Positions 31,902 to 32,000 of a stretch of DNA of 32,000 nt are shown here, piece by piece. Where the stretch lies: contig OZ246396.1 of the NCBI GenBank assembly GCA_965230905.1, positions 510,001-542,000 on the forward strand, given 5' to 3'. Each line of letters begins with the position of its first letter. The first letter of the stretch is position 1. Source of the stretch: Candidatus Saccharimonadota bacterium (GTDB lineage: Bacteria > Patescibacteriota > Gracilibacteria > UBA1369 > 2-02-FULL-48-14). A model generated the notes under the pieces. That model saw only the letters and a program-made list of their open reading frames with translations. It searched no databases and had not been told where the DNA came from. The translations under genes and the position numbers were made by a program.

Positions 31902-32000
31902 TTAACGCCCGCGTATTGTACCACCAAACTTTTCTATGGCAAGGAAGGTGGCGTCCTGCAGGGTCTGATATTCTTTTTCGGTGAGCGTTCTTTCAGAATG
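31902..32000 (-). CDS. C-terminal 32 codons of an unidentified gene that continues beyond the window
   Basis: The minus-strand frame is open to the window edge (...RTLTEKEYQTLQDATFLAIEKFGGTIRGR, then TAA at 31902-31904), 15 nt upstream of the PBP start. It is too short to identify. Confidence 0.25.
   Translation of the reverse strand, partial: HSERTLTEKEYQTLQDATFLAIEKFGGTIRGR

Noticed and set aside
1-32000. UGA recoding (code 4 or 25), as seen in some candidate phyla
   Set aside because: An intact RF2 gene is present. TGA ends grx and the TrmB-like gene at family-typical lengths, and also ends the flippase. TGA forms an ATGA stop/start overlap at 13158-13161.
1-32000. CRISPR arrays, integrases, transposases, IS elements, tRNA or rRNA genes
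   Set aside because: I saw no regularly spaced repeat arrays, no recombinase-like ORFs and no tRNA-like or rRNA-like sequence other than the tRNA-like domain of ssrA.

Overview
Gene-dense bacterial chromosomal window using the standard genetic code: TGA ends several conserved genes, one in an ATGA stop/start overlap, and prfB is present. I count about 36 protein-coding genes and one tmRNA. I saw no rRNA, tRNA, CRISPR array, integrase or transposase. Recognisable genes: a FemAB-family fragment, def, prfB (no frameshift), a MOP-family flippase, RNase J, dnaN, mfd, ssrA, a RelE/ParE-Phd/YefM toxin-antitoxin pair, a TrmB-like regulator, two ABC-F ATPases, a GIY-YIG protein, a type IB topoisomerase, a fused double D-Ala-D-Ala ligase, an ArfB-like GGQ protein, a UPF0489-like protein, an O-antigen-ligase-like membrane protein, RdgB/HAM1, glutaredoxin, an O-methyltransferase and a class A PBP. 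The genome is very compact. Convergent genes overlap at their 3' ends, divergent start codons lie 23-42 nt apart, and I found no clear Shine-Dalgarno motif. This resembles small-genome, CPR/Patescibacteria-like bacteria, but that is inference only. Most interesting observations: (1) the only large non-coding gap (6230-6647, upstream of dnaN) holds two oppositely oriented arrays of a DnaA-box-like 9-mer (TTATGCACA type) plus an AT-rich tract, so it is probably oriC. (2) The 11.1-17.6 kb segment around ssrA is the least explained: a translationally coupled three-gene orphan operon, then the toxin-antitoxin pair abutting the tmRNA 3' end, then orphan genes bounded by two direct copies of the tmRNA 3' terminus. 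This may be degraded tandem islets. (3) A 793-aa tandem Ddl fusion. I cannot name a specific new system with confidence. The orphan operon and the ssrA-linked segment are the best candidates for follow-up.
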